Numbered from the whole stretch's first letter, positions 26,006-39,548 are shown. The stretch is DNA of 63,234 nt, filler included, from Octopus bimaculoides (GCF_001194135.2; 4 parts of 3 records of this genome joined end to end with filler, not necessarily neighbours in it); one strand, 5' to 3'. Made by a program: numbers and translations. Notes: generated by a model from the sequence alone, not told the origin.

Positions 26006-27603
26006 CACCTCATGCATATATATCAACGATTTAGTTATTTAAAGCTACGTTTGCACAGCATTAAGTAATTCTAGTTTAATTTTAGCAGAGCTATCTTTCA
26101 CCTTAAATATCCTCATAGTAACCTGGTTACTTTGTTTATTATATTGGTTGATTCCCTGCTGCTGTTGAGACTCAATGTCTATCATCATCATGGCTTTCTT
26201 CTATCATTAATATTCTCAAAGACATTGGCAACACAATAAATTCCTCATTATATGAAATAACATCTTGAATTGCTAAATTCCATTTCAATTCCCAAAAAAT
26301 GACATTTCAACGACAAAAATTTGGTGCAATTATTACTGAAACCATTTTAATATACCAGATAAAATATTGTCTTTGGTTGTTTCCAGTTTTATATTTTCAT
26401 AATGCTATAACAAGTTCCTTACAAAATGAATGACAAAAAACGATTATGATAATGATGACGATGACGACGACGACGATGATGATGATGATCATTATCATCA
26501 TCAACCATACCAGCATCAACAATAAATTCCAGTTACGATTATGCATCAGTATACGGCAGTTTAATATATATAAATANNNNNNNNNNNNNNNNNNNNNNNN
26601 NNNNNNNNNNNNNNNNNNNNNNNNNNNNNNNNNNNNNNNNNNNNNNNNNNNNNNNNNNNNNNNNNNNNNNNNNNNNNNNNNNNNNNNNNNNNTATATATG
26701 TATATATATATATATTCAAATATAATGCTGTCACCTCAAAATACATGCAGATATTACTTTCAATAAACGATAATTTGTTTTAAAAAATATATTCGAGGGG
26801 CCTGTTTTTCTAAAACTAATGTAAATTTTTGATGAAGCTGAAAATGGCATTGTCTTCCAGTACACCACCGAATCACTAATTCTCCACCTTTCTGTATTTC
26901 AGTATCATGTGTTTCATTTGTGGTTTATGCTCTCGAAAAATACAATACAAAATGGCTGTCTTTGCAAACATATTCCCGACAAATAATGTTCACTTTTACC
27001 TCTTGTTAATATAACCTTGTTTGTATCTTCATAAATCTAAATCTGGACAACAGACTCTGGTACTGACATCAGTCTTATACCCTCAGATGCATTGCTCCAA
27101 CGATCTCCTGTAGAAATGAGCAAATCCCCAAAAGATTCTTTTGCTAGATTTACAACCACAATGTTTTACTGATAAATGATGACGTTGGATAAATTCTTTT
27201 TTCTGACAATCACTTTTAAGTTATATCTACAGATTTGCTGTAGAATTTAGAGCCAGTACCGAAAGTTACGACGTTTCGTATACGAATACACCTATGTAAA
27301 CAATGTGATCGAAGATAGGAAAATATGTAGTAGGTGTATATGCATATTTCAAGAGTCCTTGTCCTCTCTTCAGCGTTACATTCAACCCATTAACCATCCA
27401 TGAACTCTTTGCTTAAACACCGAAAATAGCGGTACAACACAATTGGATATACCATTTTTTTTACATATTAAACACAGTCCTGACAACTGGTACGTACATA
27501 TTAATTGCTGATAGAAACATTGTATTTCGTTATGCAATCATAATATATTAAAAATATATCAAACATTTTTATAAGTCAATGGTACACCCAACTTGTGTTA
27601 GCA

Positions 27604-27886
27604 GTGCGATTCAATCACATTTTAAAGCTATCTTTACAGGTTTTCTATAGAAACTTGAGCGAGCACTGGAAGTTATGAATACGTCTACGTAAACAATGTG
27701 ATCGAAGATAGAAAAATAGGTCTTTGGTGTATATAAATATTTCAGGATTTATTGTCCATTCTTCAGCGTAACTTACAATCCATTAACTAACCACGAACAC
27801 TTTGCTTAAATACCTACTATATTTAGTGCTGGTTCTAAATTCTATGCAAAATCCGTAGATATAACTAAAATCTGACTGTATTGCAC
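27604..27886. mobile_element. MITE-like element with about 60-bp imperfect TIRs; partial direct copy at 27207-27420
   Basis: GTGCGATTCAATCACATTTT...TATAGAAACTTGAG is the reverse complement of TTCTAAATTCTATG...AAAATCTGACTGTATTGCAC. The upstream copy shares GTAAACAATGTGATCGAAGATAG and TTTGCTTAAA. Confidence 0.65.
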
Positions 27887-28456
27887 TTGTAATACAAAAT
27901 GTCAGATATAGTATTGCCTTATAAATCTTTGATATACTTCGTAGTAAATTATAGTTGCAAAGCAAATTACGGTGTCCCTACCAGCATTCAATCATCTTTG
28001 TTAATACTTCAAAATCATAATTAATTAATCTCAGACAAAGAATTTTGCTAGTTCGTTCACTTTAGTACTTCAACTCATTTCGTAATCTTCTCTACTTGAT
28101 ATGTAGACGTAGAACAGTCTCAGCCTGGTGCACCAGCATGACCGCAGCCACTTGGCTGAAACACATAAATAATTAAATAAATATGTAAATAAGGATAAGA
28201 TCGTTATTTAAATTACCGATCAGATCAAGTGGCTAGCATGGGAATAAAAACCTCAAAGGTAATAATTATTATTGAAATTATAATTAAGGATAGCTAGAAA
28301 TCCGGGATCTGGAATTATTCATTAATTTTTTGCTAGTTTATTTTGTCTATTTGTCTTCTCTCCTGGTGCTGTGTGAATATTTGATGTCATTTTAGAGGCA
28401 CGTTTTGACTGCTATCTCTAGCATGTTGGCATTTTTAGATACCCTCAATTATAATG

Positions 28457-28512
<56 letters not shown>

Positions 28513-28529
28513 CATCTTCATAAATAATA

Positions 28530-28742
28530 GTTTCAAATATTAGCGCAGGGCCATCTGTTTTTGAGGAGAGGGAGAAATCGATTCCATTGACACCAGTACA
28601 TAACTGGTATTTATTTTAATGACTCTGAAAGGATGAACGGCATGATCGACCTCGGCGGAATTTGAACTCAGTACGTAAAGACGGGCGAAATCATACTAAG
28701 CATTTTGCCCGACCTTCTAAGGTTCTGCTATCTCGTGGCTTT
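28530..28742 (-). mobile_element. SINE family A
   Basis: GATCGACCTCGGCGGAATTTGAACTCAG...CTAAGCATTTTGCCCG. Confidence 0.85.
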
Positions 28743-29179
28743 AAACATCCCAGTGAACAATGATATCATGAATGTCACTTTGAACAGGTTCAATATTTCT
28801 GCGAAGCAAAGCCGCATTCATACGAAGACATGTTTATCTTAAAACTCATCTATATATTCACCATTGTGAAATCTCCTGGGTTTGAGCTAAATAATCTCAT
28901 GCCAGAAAGAGAATGAAATAGTTAAAGTTGTTTAAGAACCTGAATAAATTCTTACGTTTGTACTCACTTTAGATTCGGTACATATTCTTAGTTTTCCACC
29001 TACTCTTCACACTAGCTCTAGAGAGGTAACTTATAATTTGCACCACCATCTGAAATAGAGATTTTATTTTCTAAAAGAAAGTTTCCTTTAGCAAAATAGC
29101 TGTCTATTTATCACACATAATGTATACACACTGCTGATGGGCTTCTTGTCGGGGTATTTGTCCTTAGATAACATTACGT

Positions 29180-29355
29180 TTATTAGAGATAGAGAGAGGG
29201 AGGGAGAAAGAGAGAGGGAGGGAGAAAGAGAGAGGGAGGGAGAAAGTGAGAGAGGGGGTTATAGAGGGAGAGAAAGAAGGAGAGAAATAGAGGGCGAGAG
29301 AAGGAGAGAGAAAGAGGAATAGGGAGAGAGAGGGAGAAAGAGAGGAAGATAGGGA

Positions 29356-29398
<43 letters not shown>

Positions 29399-29402
29399 GA
29401 GA
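29180..29402. repeat. GA-rich polypurine microsatellite
   Basis: Directly visible. Confidence 0.95.
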
Positions 29403-30545
29403 GTCGAAAGTCCTTCCCAGCAGCGGTCAGCGAGAGCGCCAGATTTATTTCGGCCACTTTGGACCTTTCAATGGGGCGCTCTCGCAGCCAGCTGCAAACT
29501 TGAACGAAAGTTTGTCGCCTCTGACGAAAGAAAAAAAAATGAAGAAAATATTCACTGATGTTGCGAATAGCCACTCGGTTGATGAAAAATCCGGTATACG
29601 CAATTGAGGCAAGATTTAATTTAGATAGCCATCTATAAAGAAAGAATACTTTCCTTCAATAATCTTCTCCGCTTTGCTGTAATTAATAGTTGAATGTGTA
29701 GTGGAATTGCTTCTAAATTACATGGCTTGATATTGCCTTTGAGGAGAATGTTAGCCTCCAAGACGCATACTCCTTCAAAGAGTCCTGGAACTTCGGTTTT
29801 ATGAATTAAGGTAGAAATGTCAACATACATCATATCCATATCGCTCAACCCACGAGTTTTCTTACATTTACCAATATCCAAAAAAAGGGCAAAAAGAAAA
29901 AAAGAACCTTCCACGCTCTTATCATTTTCTTTAATGCGTCAAACTTTCCCAGAATTTTAACAAGTGATCCATCAAATTGTTTTAGTTTGCGATTACACGT
30001 TTCATATTTTTGGTTTATTCAAATAAGCCCAGAAGTTTTCATATAATTACAGTTACCTGACTGCCAGTGTCAACCTGCATCTCAAATTTACCATTATTGC
30101 GTTTCACTTTGATCCTTGGGACATTTTTTTAGGCTAATTTCATAAATATCTGCAGAATCTTCATTTTCAATTACTTCAATTTCCTCGATCGTTTTTTTTA
30201 TATATTCACATTTTGCCTGAAAGAGATTCTCTTACATTTAATACACGTTTTACAAAAAATGCAGGACACATGGCTGGTGCATCCTTATGTCGATATATTT
30301 GGTATTTCATATTTTTTGTATTTATATTTGTTTGTGCCATCATGTCACATAGTCATAATACCAGTATTTATCCGCTACTGATATATTTTTTGCATTTTTT
30401 TACACAGTGCGTCCATAAGGGATATTATACCCGGAAGAATTTCAGAGTTAATTTACCTTTCACGATGTGTCTGTTTTAATTATTATGAATTGATGGCTAT
30501 TTTAACCTAATATTTCTGTTGCATATAATGAGTTTTTATTCAGCC

Positions 30546-30576
<31 letters not shown>

Positions 30577-31444
30577 TTCCGAAATCAGAACCGAAACCAT
30601 AACAGTTGCTTAGCTTGCCTCATTGATTCCGGTTGATTGACCTTTATCGATGGTCTTATTACAGATATTTTAATGTTAAACATTATTTCTCCGAGTTAGA
30701 GGGATTTCACGATTACAGAAACTTTATGCATGGCCTTTATACTTATTTTTAGATACAAGCAACTCTCATGTGTTTTAATCTTTGTATCCAGGTTCATCCC
30801 CACACTTGCTTTGAAAGCAAAACATGACAGCCATTCCTCTATCTCAAGTTAAGTCAAACGTTCATTGTTATTAAACGACAGCGCCATTATGCTGTCACCC
30901 TTATAGTTGTATTCAACTGCGACACTTTACGTTCAGAATCTTTATTTAACTGAATAGACTGGTTCTTCAGTTGAATTGGTATCATTCTTAAATAGTCTTA
31001 ATCAACATGTAAAGCGCAGACAAATCTACAACGATATTACCATAACAATGACATCAGAACTGTGTTAAGAATATATTATATCATTATCAAATTAAATTTT
31101 TCGCTGTATGTGTCAATACTTGCAATATCAAAAGGATAACACAGCCAAGCATGAACAGAAACTAATTAATCGAAAGTATACTAAGCAGCAATGATTAGAA
31201 TAGAGTTGTAGATAGTTATATTTAACACGATCGTGTACACTGACACGTGGAAAGATCTTCGTTGTATATTCCTCTTAACAGAATAATTATAGTCTTTGTG
31301 ACATTTGCTTTTAACTAGGACATTTAGAAAAGGGTCAGCTAGCTGCTTGGCATAGGGTCAATTTGAGACATGTTCCAGCCTCTGGAACATAGACGCACTG
31401 TTTTCTCCCTCTTCCTCTTTTACCGATTCCATAACAGCTCATGC

Positions 31445-31737
31445 AGTGAAGACACATAGCTTAGTAGCCAGGGTATTTGGCTCACGGTTGTAAGATCGGA
31501 AGTTCAAAGCTTAGCAGCGTGTTGTGCTCTTAAGCAAGATATTTCATTTCTCCTTGCTCCAGTTCACTCGGCTGCCAAAAACGAGTGATACCTGTATTGC
31601 AAAGGGCCAGCTTTGTCACTTTCTGTGTCAGCTGAATCTCCCTAAGAACTACGTTGTCTGTGGAGTGCTCAGTACCCAGGCTGGTTCGTTGATCGGATCA
31701 ACTGGAACCCACATCATCATAACCGACGGAGAGACAG
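31445..31737 (+). mobile_element. SINE family C with internal deletions
   Basis: CAAAGGGCCAGCTTTGTCAC...GAATCTCCC.AAGAACTACGTT...GTTGATCGGATCAACTGGAACC...AACCGACGGAG matches the copy at 57627-58003. Confidence 0.8.
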
Positions 31738-32235
31738 TTCTATTTTTAACGGCTCATGTTTGCCGCAACTAGTTTGGCTCATGTCCACTCCACTCAAGCA
31801 TTCCAGTCCAACTCATCTCGCCACCAACTATCACTCTTGTGTCCAGCTGCCTTGTTGTGGAACATTCAGTCTTTCCATCCCATAACGTCGTCTCTTTGAA
31901 ATTTCCTCTTGTTGGTGTTGACATGTGAGGAAACGAACAGAATAAATCTCACTGATTTAGGAGGATCTGAGGAGGTCATGGGCCCTATTACTTGCTCCAA
32001 ATCCAAGTACTTAATGAGAAATGCTCCATCGAATTCATTTTCTTTCTATTTTTGGGAAAACTTAGAGTCTATAGTTTTGCTACTTGCGTAGTCACTATTA
32101 TAATCTATTTTAAAACTCAAATGGAATCGAAACCTCAACGTACTTAGGTGTTTATGGCTATTTCAGAAAAGGAAAGTCAGTCTCAACGACAGTTTCAACA
32201 TTTTTGAGGAAACGAGTGGAAGTAACCTCTTAGAT

Positions 32236-32568
32236 CAGGGGTTCCCAACCGGGGCCCACAGAATCTTTGAGGGGGTCCACAAGTAAAATATTGTAATATG
32301 TGGGTCCATATATAAATTGTGTTTACTAGGAGAGGTTACCTGTATTTCTTGCAATTTCCAAGATCTGTATTTGGAATTTATGTTATGAATATAACGAAAT
32401 TGTTTCATTGTTAATTTTTACTAACCTACAAACAAAAATTTTATTTCAAAATTTTACATGTACAGATGATAAGATATCTCTCAAAAATTTTATTTCAAAA
32501 ATTTACATCCACAGATGATAAGATAGCTCTCAGGGGGACCACAAGTAAAATAAGGCTGGGAAGCCCTG
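32236..32568. mobile_element. Non-autonomous hAT (Charlie-like) element
   Basis: TIRs CAGGGGTTCCCAACC / GGCTGGGAAGCCCTG (13/15 match); 8-bp TSD TCTTAGAT / ACTTAGAT; internal 49-bp tandem duplication at 32433-32530. Confidence 0.85.
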
Positions 32569-32589
32569 ACTTAGATGGAAGACTAGACA

Positions 32590-33110
32590 AAATATCTCTA
32601 AGAGTGTGGGCACCGTTAAAGTTCGCCAAGTGAACGATTCCATTTTCTTCAAATTAAGCATCGCACTCTTTATGGAACATGAGCCATCTTCTGCTGTTCT
32701 CATATGTGGGATGTTTTTTTCCACCTTTTGGATCCCTGCCTTTTCTGCTCTACCTCCACCCCCATCTATTTTCAGGACGTACTCTCTTTTGTCTCTTTAT
32801 GGTTACTTAGTCAGAGTCTAACGTATTTCCACGAGGGAGGACATTTATCTCCCAGGCCTTTAAGGATCTGAATTGTCATTGATTCCCCTGTAGCTTTGTT
32901 TTTTACTTGTTAGGGGGGGTGTTTGCCTCAGGCATATGCATTTGTCCACTGAGAAGAGGTGGTCCATATTAGTTTGGACCCTCTACTTTGACCTGTCCAG
33001 TATGAGGGGGACTCACTAGGAGTTTGTGCACTGCTGGCATAGCTCTCAGGGTCACTGAGGCATAGAAGTCCCCATAACACAAAAAGGACTGGACCTTGTG
33101 ATGGAAAGTA
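32590..33110 (-). mobile_element. 5' UTR and ORF start of an RTE-clade LINE, 3'-truncated and decayed
   Basis: Minus strand CTCAGTGACCCTGAGAGCTATGCCAGC...GGACAGGTCAAAG...TGGACCACCTC resembles Expander/Rex3-type 5' UTRs, and FTWRTL resembles the GTWNVRTL endonuclease start (recalled). Confidence 0.45.
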
Positions 33111-34541
33111 AAAAATGGTGGTATTAAGTAGGGTGAATACTTAATTCTATGGTCCTAGGATAGATAATATCGCAGTTATCTAACACCTACGCATTTCCCG
33201 TCCAACTGGTTTGACTCACAATGCTTCGTCGACGATAATTTATCGAAGCTTCTGCCGACAATAGTTTATCGTAGAACAAACCTACTACAGAGATCAGTGG
33301 AGTCAGTTCAAACTCCAACGCCAACAGACTGCGGAACAAACATCTGGATCGTACTATCATGTCGGCACTTGCGCTGAGATCTGAACACAGAAACAGCTTG
33401 AACAACGCACAATAATTACAAGCATCATATCCCGTCCCACGCCTCTCTACCGACTCTGGCTGCATTTGCCGCCTTCCTTGTATTCGATGTAATTAAAAAG
33501 GAAAAATATGTTCAGTTAATTTCGTTTTCCTTAATTAAATTTAGGCATTTATTGAAAGTAGCTAATTGTGCATTAAAGTATCACATATTCGATCTAACGA
33601 TTTGTCTAACCAACGACGAAACGCTCTCATGCCATTTTCAATAAGTGTGCTGGCGTCTGTGTGTGCGCGTGTGTGTGTGTGTGTGTGCACACACATACGT
33701 ATACATATATTTATGTGCTATATATATATATANNNNNNNNNNNNNNNNNNNNNNNNNNNNNNNNNNNNNNNNNNNNNNNNNNNNNNNNNNNNNNNNNNNN
33801 NNNNNNNNNNNNNNNNNNNNNNNNNNNNNNNNNNNNNNNNNNNNNNNNNNNNNNNNNNNNNNNNNNNNNNNNNNNNNNNNNNNNNNNNNNNNNNNNNNNN
33901 NNNNNNNNNNNNNNNNNNNNNNNNNNNNNNNNNNNNNNNNNNNNNNNNNNNNNNNNNNNNNNNNNNNNNNNNNNNNNNNNNNNNNNNNNNNNNNNNNNNN
34001 NNNNNNNNNNNNNNNNNNNNNNNNNNNNNNNNNNNNNNNNNNNNNNNNNNNNNNNNNNNNNNNNNNNNNNNNNNNNNNNNNNNNNNNNNNNNNNNNNNNN
34101 NNNNNNNNNNNNATATATACATGTATATATATATATGCATTTGGATATGTGCATGTATGTGTGAATGCGTATCTCAATGTGTATGCATATAACAAGCAAC
34201 GTGTGTGTCTATGTGAATGTATGAGTATGTGGTGTGTGTAAAAGTTGCCAAGTCTAAAACAAATTGCTAGATTGGTTCAACAGCCACGAATCCATCCAAA
34301 GCCGCTGCTTACTCAACTCCAAAACGAGATGGACAGACAACAGTCATAAAACGTTGATACATACGCAGAATTAATTCTAAAGAATCGCAATATACGCTAT
34401 TATGGCTCTGTGATTAAGAAGTGTACTTCATAGCTGCGCGGTTTCGAGTTCCATCGTATTGTGCTTTTGTCTGAGTGAGTGCCTACTACCAAAGCTACTT
34501 TGTGACCAATACCATTGAAGTGGTATTCGGGAACAGAAAAT

Positions 34542-34762
34542 GAGAAGCTGGCCTGCCATGGCTGTGTCGCGAGATGCTGGCCCGTGATGGCTGTGTGGGG
34601 AGAAGCTGGCCTGTTATGGCTGTGTGGCGAGAAGCTGGCCTGTCCCACTGCGTTCAGTCCCACTGTGTGACACCGCGCTCAAGTGACTTCTACTGTAAAC
34701 TCGGGTCCACCAAAGCCTTGTGAGTCGATTTGGTAGACGGGAACTGAGGTCCTTCGCATATA
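34542..34762 (+). mobile_element. SINE family B 5' half with its first 29 bp tandemly repeated about 3.6 times
   Basis: Units GAGAAGCTGGCCTG..ATGGCTGTGTGGN start at 34542, 34571, 34600 and 34629, then GTTCAGTCCCACTG...CCAAAGCCTTGTGAGT...GGTAGACGGGAACTGA. Confidence 0.8.
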
Positions 34763-35160
34763 TAATATATATTTATATATTAATGATTTGTAGGTAAGCG
34801 GTATTTCGTTATGGAACCATGCAGCCATAACATACTATAAAGCATATTAAAATATATTTGTTCGAGGATGATTAATGAGTTTGATGGGTGCTGATAAAGG
34901 TGCGAAATACCTCGAAATATAGCATATATACCCATTACCCATTTTCCATCTTCGATCTCATTGTTTGTTTATATCTGACATCTCATATATGAAACGCAGC
35001 AGCAAAATTGGCTATTATTTCTATAGAAGATCTGTAGAAATAACCTTAACAAATAATATACACACACACACATATACACATACACACACACATACATACT
35101 CCCACACACTCGCACACGCACGCGCGCGCGCGCACACACACACACACACACACATATTTG

Positions 35161-35192
<32 letters not shown>

Positions 35193-36280
35193 ATGACGAT
35201 AAGAAAATGGAGGAATAAATAACTATGAGAAGTGGATCTTTGGTGTTATAAACCCATTATTTAATTAATTAAGTTGAGAGTATGATAGAGTAAGTTTGCA
35301 GCTGTTTCCGTATATCAGGCTGGGGTAAATATGTATTTACCTCGGTGCAATTGATAGACATCATCAGAACGAAAAAGTCAAAGAGAAACAAAAGGAGAAT
35401 AGAGCGAAAGAAAGTGTAAGGAGAAAACAGGAAAAAGAAAATGTTCAATAATTCGATCGTCTTACATTTTAGTTAGGTTCAAAGTTCAGTGAATCCGTTG
35501 TATGATAGATGAGAAGAGAGGTAGTTGAATCTAAGATCTTATAATTAGTTATTAACATAGCTTACACGTGACCGTAGGTTAGGCTAGTTGACCGCCGGTG
35601 TAATCTGCGGGAGTTATCGCTATTGGGAATATCTGGTGTAGTTAGCGAACCTACTTAACCTCGTATTACACTCATCGCACTTAAATGTGGGAAAGAAACA
35701 AATGTTTCCTTGGTCGTAATTGCTGTATTTAATCAAAATAATGTCTCCCCATCTTATTGGTAACACGTTTCCTCGTATTTAGCAAGTTGTTGATCCCTTA
35801 AGCGTAAAATCCTTCGGGCTAGCAAGCGGACAAACACTCAATGTAAATTCTAACCTCCTTAAAATGAATAAACTGCTTTCTCAATAAATAATGTTGCGAT
35901 GATCTGAAAAGAGGATAGTGAGAACAGAGTCAGGGGAATAAGGAGGATGAGGCAAATATTTTTTTATTTGATGCTGCCTTAAGTTTTTCCTGAGTAACTT
36001 ATTTTACAAAATGTTCTCATGCCTTATTGTGTAAAAGCAACATTCATTTACGACTGACCATTGATGGGCGCTTTTGTTGGCAAATTTTTGTGGGCAGTGC
36101 TTCCATTTGAAGACAATACTGCTCCCTATCAACTGTTTCATTTTGTTTTAATACTTTATGATAAACGACTCATTTCGTATACAATCGAAATCAGAGCATA
36201 ATTTCTTTCGGGTTTCGTTCTGGTTTTAAGATGAATTTTCCTTTACATTTGGGTGCTAATCATTCTCGTTTTCTTTGGAT

Positions 36281-36885
36281 ATAATTATAGAGAATCCATT
36301 TTTATACAGAATCTATTTTAATAGAGAACCCATTTGGATATAATCATAGAGAACCCCTTTTTATAGCGAACCCATTTTTATAGAGAACCCATTTGGATAT
36401 ACCCATAGAGAACCCACTTTTATAGAGAACCCCTTTTTATAGAGAATCAATTTGGTTATAGTGGGAAAGAACCCATTTTCAAAGATAACCGATTTGGATA
36501 TAATTATAGAGAACCCATTTGGATATAACTACAGAGAACCCATTTTTTTAGGGAACCCATTTGAATATAATTATAGAGAACCCATTTTTATAGGGAACCC
36601 ATTTGAATATAATTATAGAGAACCCATTTTTATAGGGAACCCATTTGGATATACTCATAGAGAACCCATTTGTTATAGAGAACGCATTTTTCTAGAAAAC
36701 TCATTTGGATATAATGGTAAAGAAACCTTTTGGATATACTCATAGAGAACCCATTTTTAGAGAGGGCCCATTTGGACATAAATGTAGAAAACCCATTTGG
36801 ATATAATTATAGGCAGCCAATTTTTATAGAAAACACATTTGGATATTCTCATAGAGAAACCGTTTTTATAGAGAACCCATTATAT
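36281..36885. repeat. Minisatellite, 42-bp higher-order unit made of 25-bp and 17-bp subunits sharing ATAGAGAACCCATTT
   Basis: For example, GGGAACCC recurs at 36551 and 36593. Confidence 0.92.
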
Positions 36886-37607
36886 ATGTAGTACATAACA
36901 CTGGGCAAGAAAAGAAATTTTATTGTCTGCTACCCAGACAAATGTTGTTCTACCGAAACTAAATCGAGCACACTGATTCCGAATCTGAACTAAGAACTGC
37001 TGTAGCATATCAGGAATTTGAATCATTTGCATAATTATATATTAATACATAATTATATATTAATACATCTTCTAGGCTGCAGTTTCCGGCTGGGAATTTC
37101 AGGAACTACCGTTGACACTGGCTTACGCATATTGTCCAATCCCCATGAACTGCATTAATATTCCTCGCACTTTGCGTTGCGTTGTTGCCTTTATTAAACT
37201 CATAAAGCAAAATATGTTGAATATGCTGCTTTGTCACTTCCATTATAACTTTGAAAAAATAACTATTAAAATCGAACTGCACTCTTCATAACTTGCACTA
37301 AGAATAAGGACAAGGTAAAATTACTACCAGCTTTTACAGCAAGTTGATGCAGGTAGTTTATCCCGTCCCCATCCGACTTTTAGTCCATGCAGTTGACAAA
37401 ACCCCATTATTTATGGGATGACCCAGTATTAGTAGACTTGTATTTGCTTTTTAGAGGATGGTATACGAGTGATTTGTCTGCGTTAATACTTACATGTGCT
37501 TACTGCAGTTTCATTCACCAATTGAGGAACGATAAGAGGGAAAAGATGTATATTCCATCTTAGCGGGGCTTGAACTCAAGACGCAAAGGTAAGGCCAAAA
37601 AGAACGA

Positions 37608-38190
37608 GGTAGCTTGACTCGCTAGAAATAGTAGCTAAATGGAATGTAAACATGGTAGTTTGACCCACTAAATATAGTAGCTAAATGGCACGTTTACGAT
37701 GTAGCTTGAACTGCTAGAAATAGCAGCTAAACGGAATGTTTATATAATTGGTTGACCTGCTAAAAATTGCAATGAAATGTAAGGCTTACGAGATAGTTTG
37801 ATATGTTAGAAATAGCAGCTAAATGGAATGTCTACGTGCAAGCTTGATCTGCTAGGAACAGCAGCTAAACGGAACGTCTGTATGGTTACTTGACCTGCTA
37901 AAATAGCAGCTAAACGGGAAGTCTACATGGTAGCTTGAGCCGCTAGAAATAGCAGTTAAACGGAACGTGTACATGGCACTTTGACCTGCTAGAAACAGCA
38001 GCTAAATGGAAGGACTACGTGTCAGCTTGATCTGATAGAAATCGCGGTTAAAAGAAACGTCTTCATGGTAGCTTGACCTGCGGGAAATAGCAGCTAAACG
38101 AAACGTCTACGTAGTAGTTTTACCTGTTAGAAATAGCAGCTAATTGGAACGTCTACGTGGTAGACTGACTTGCTAGAAAAAGCGGCTAAA
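37608..38190 (+). repeat. 46-bp minisatellite, about 12.7 copies, derived from a SINE tail segment
   Basis: Consensus GTAGCTTGACCTGCTAGAAATAGCAGCTAAAYGGAACGTCTACRTG. The last unit runs into AAATCCACCTCAAG...GCATTGGGTAATATAGTC, the SINE tail also seen at 8120-8190 (-) and 54120-54190 (+). Confidence 0.92.
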
Positions 38191-39548
38191 TCCACCTCAA
38201 GTAATACCCAATTCTCTTGAATAAAGAAATGATGCATTGGGTAATATAGTCTTGGAGACGCCTGAAAATTGTTTAGTCAACGGCCTGGTCAATTAGGATT
38301 GACCTAGGGTTAAACAATAACAGCAACAAAAGCAGCAGAAACAGCAACAATAGCTGCAGCAGCAACAATAGCAATACACAAGTAATTTAATCGGGCGCTC
38401 TACCGATTCTAGACCACTGTAAATGAATCTATTAATCTGCATCGCATTGAAAACAGAATCTCTTCAGATTTTTAGATTTATTGTCGATTTCCAACAATGG
38501 GAGGCAACAGAAAAATTAAAGACAACAACAAGAAGTGGCTGGGAGGTTGAGTGGGCGTGGATGGAGAGGGGTGAAGTGCTAGTGGAAGAGAGGGTTTGGG
38601 AATAAAATAAATGATGAAAACTCTTTAGCAGAAACAATGAATAATGATGAAAATGATGAACAATTCTTCAGCTGAGAGATAAAAAAAAAGCGAAGCATAG
38701 AAGAGACAAATATGAACATATAAATAAAACTAAAACCAAAGTGAATCAAAACTAAAGTGAGATAATTAAAAAATGACAATAATAACAATGACAACAGCAA
38801 CAAAAAACAATATTTTTAGGAAAAAATTCTATAAAACAAGCAAATAATAATTATGGACAAGGAATTATTTCTTCGGAACAAATGTCTATTGTTGAGATGT
38901 AAAATGAGAATGGAACTGAGGTGAAGTGAGATATGGTATAATCCAAAGGCTAGTAAAATACTTGATTTTTCTCCTCGTCTTCTTCATCCTCCTCTTTATG
39001 AAACACAGCCTACCAACGACCAGAGTAGCCATTTTTTCCCTTCTCCGAGAAGTCTAGATGCTTCTACCTACCAACCAACCAATCAAGCAACCAGCCATTC
39101 TCCCACCCCTGTCAACCAACCAAATTCGTTACCATCTTCTCCCTGTCTCCTTATGTAACAAAAGCCATCATTATTCTTTTTTTAACCCTTCGCAATTATT
39201 ATTATTATTTTTTTCGTTGAATGATTAATGCATTTATTAATCATTTAATAAAAGCACTGCTCCAGCATGGCCGTCGTCCAATGACTGGAACAAGTAAAAG
39301 TAAAAGTTAAAGTTATATTTAATAATCCTGGACAGGAATCGATTTATCCGGAAGGGAACAAAAAAAATTGCCTTCAATTATTTTCCCCTCTTCCTTCCAT
39401 AATACGATGCTCGTGTCATGGAAGCTGGTGGAATTAGGATAGAGGATCGAATGGAGCCAAATACAGCTCCATTTTATTATTCAGCCATTTTAAATGCGAT
39501 ACTGAATGAAAGCCTCATCATGCCTCTACCGTTTTATTTATCCTCTAG

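Noticed and set aside
36452-36745. Repetitive 97-aa ORF (NPFEYNYREPIFIG)n
   Set aside because: It is a by-product of a 42-bp (multiple of 3) minisatellite, and the frame is broken in neighbouring units.
37608-38190. CRISPR array or Cas9 sgRNA-scaffold resemblance (GCTAGAAATAGC)
   Set aside because: The inter-repeat segments are homologous to each other rather than unique spacers, there are no cas genes, and the motif is part of a native SINE tail. The match to the engineered sgRNA tetraloop is a coincidental short hairpin.
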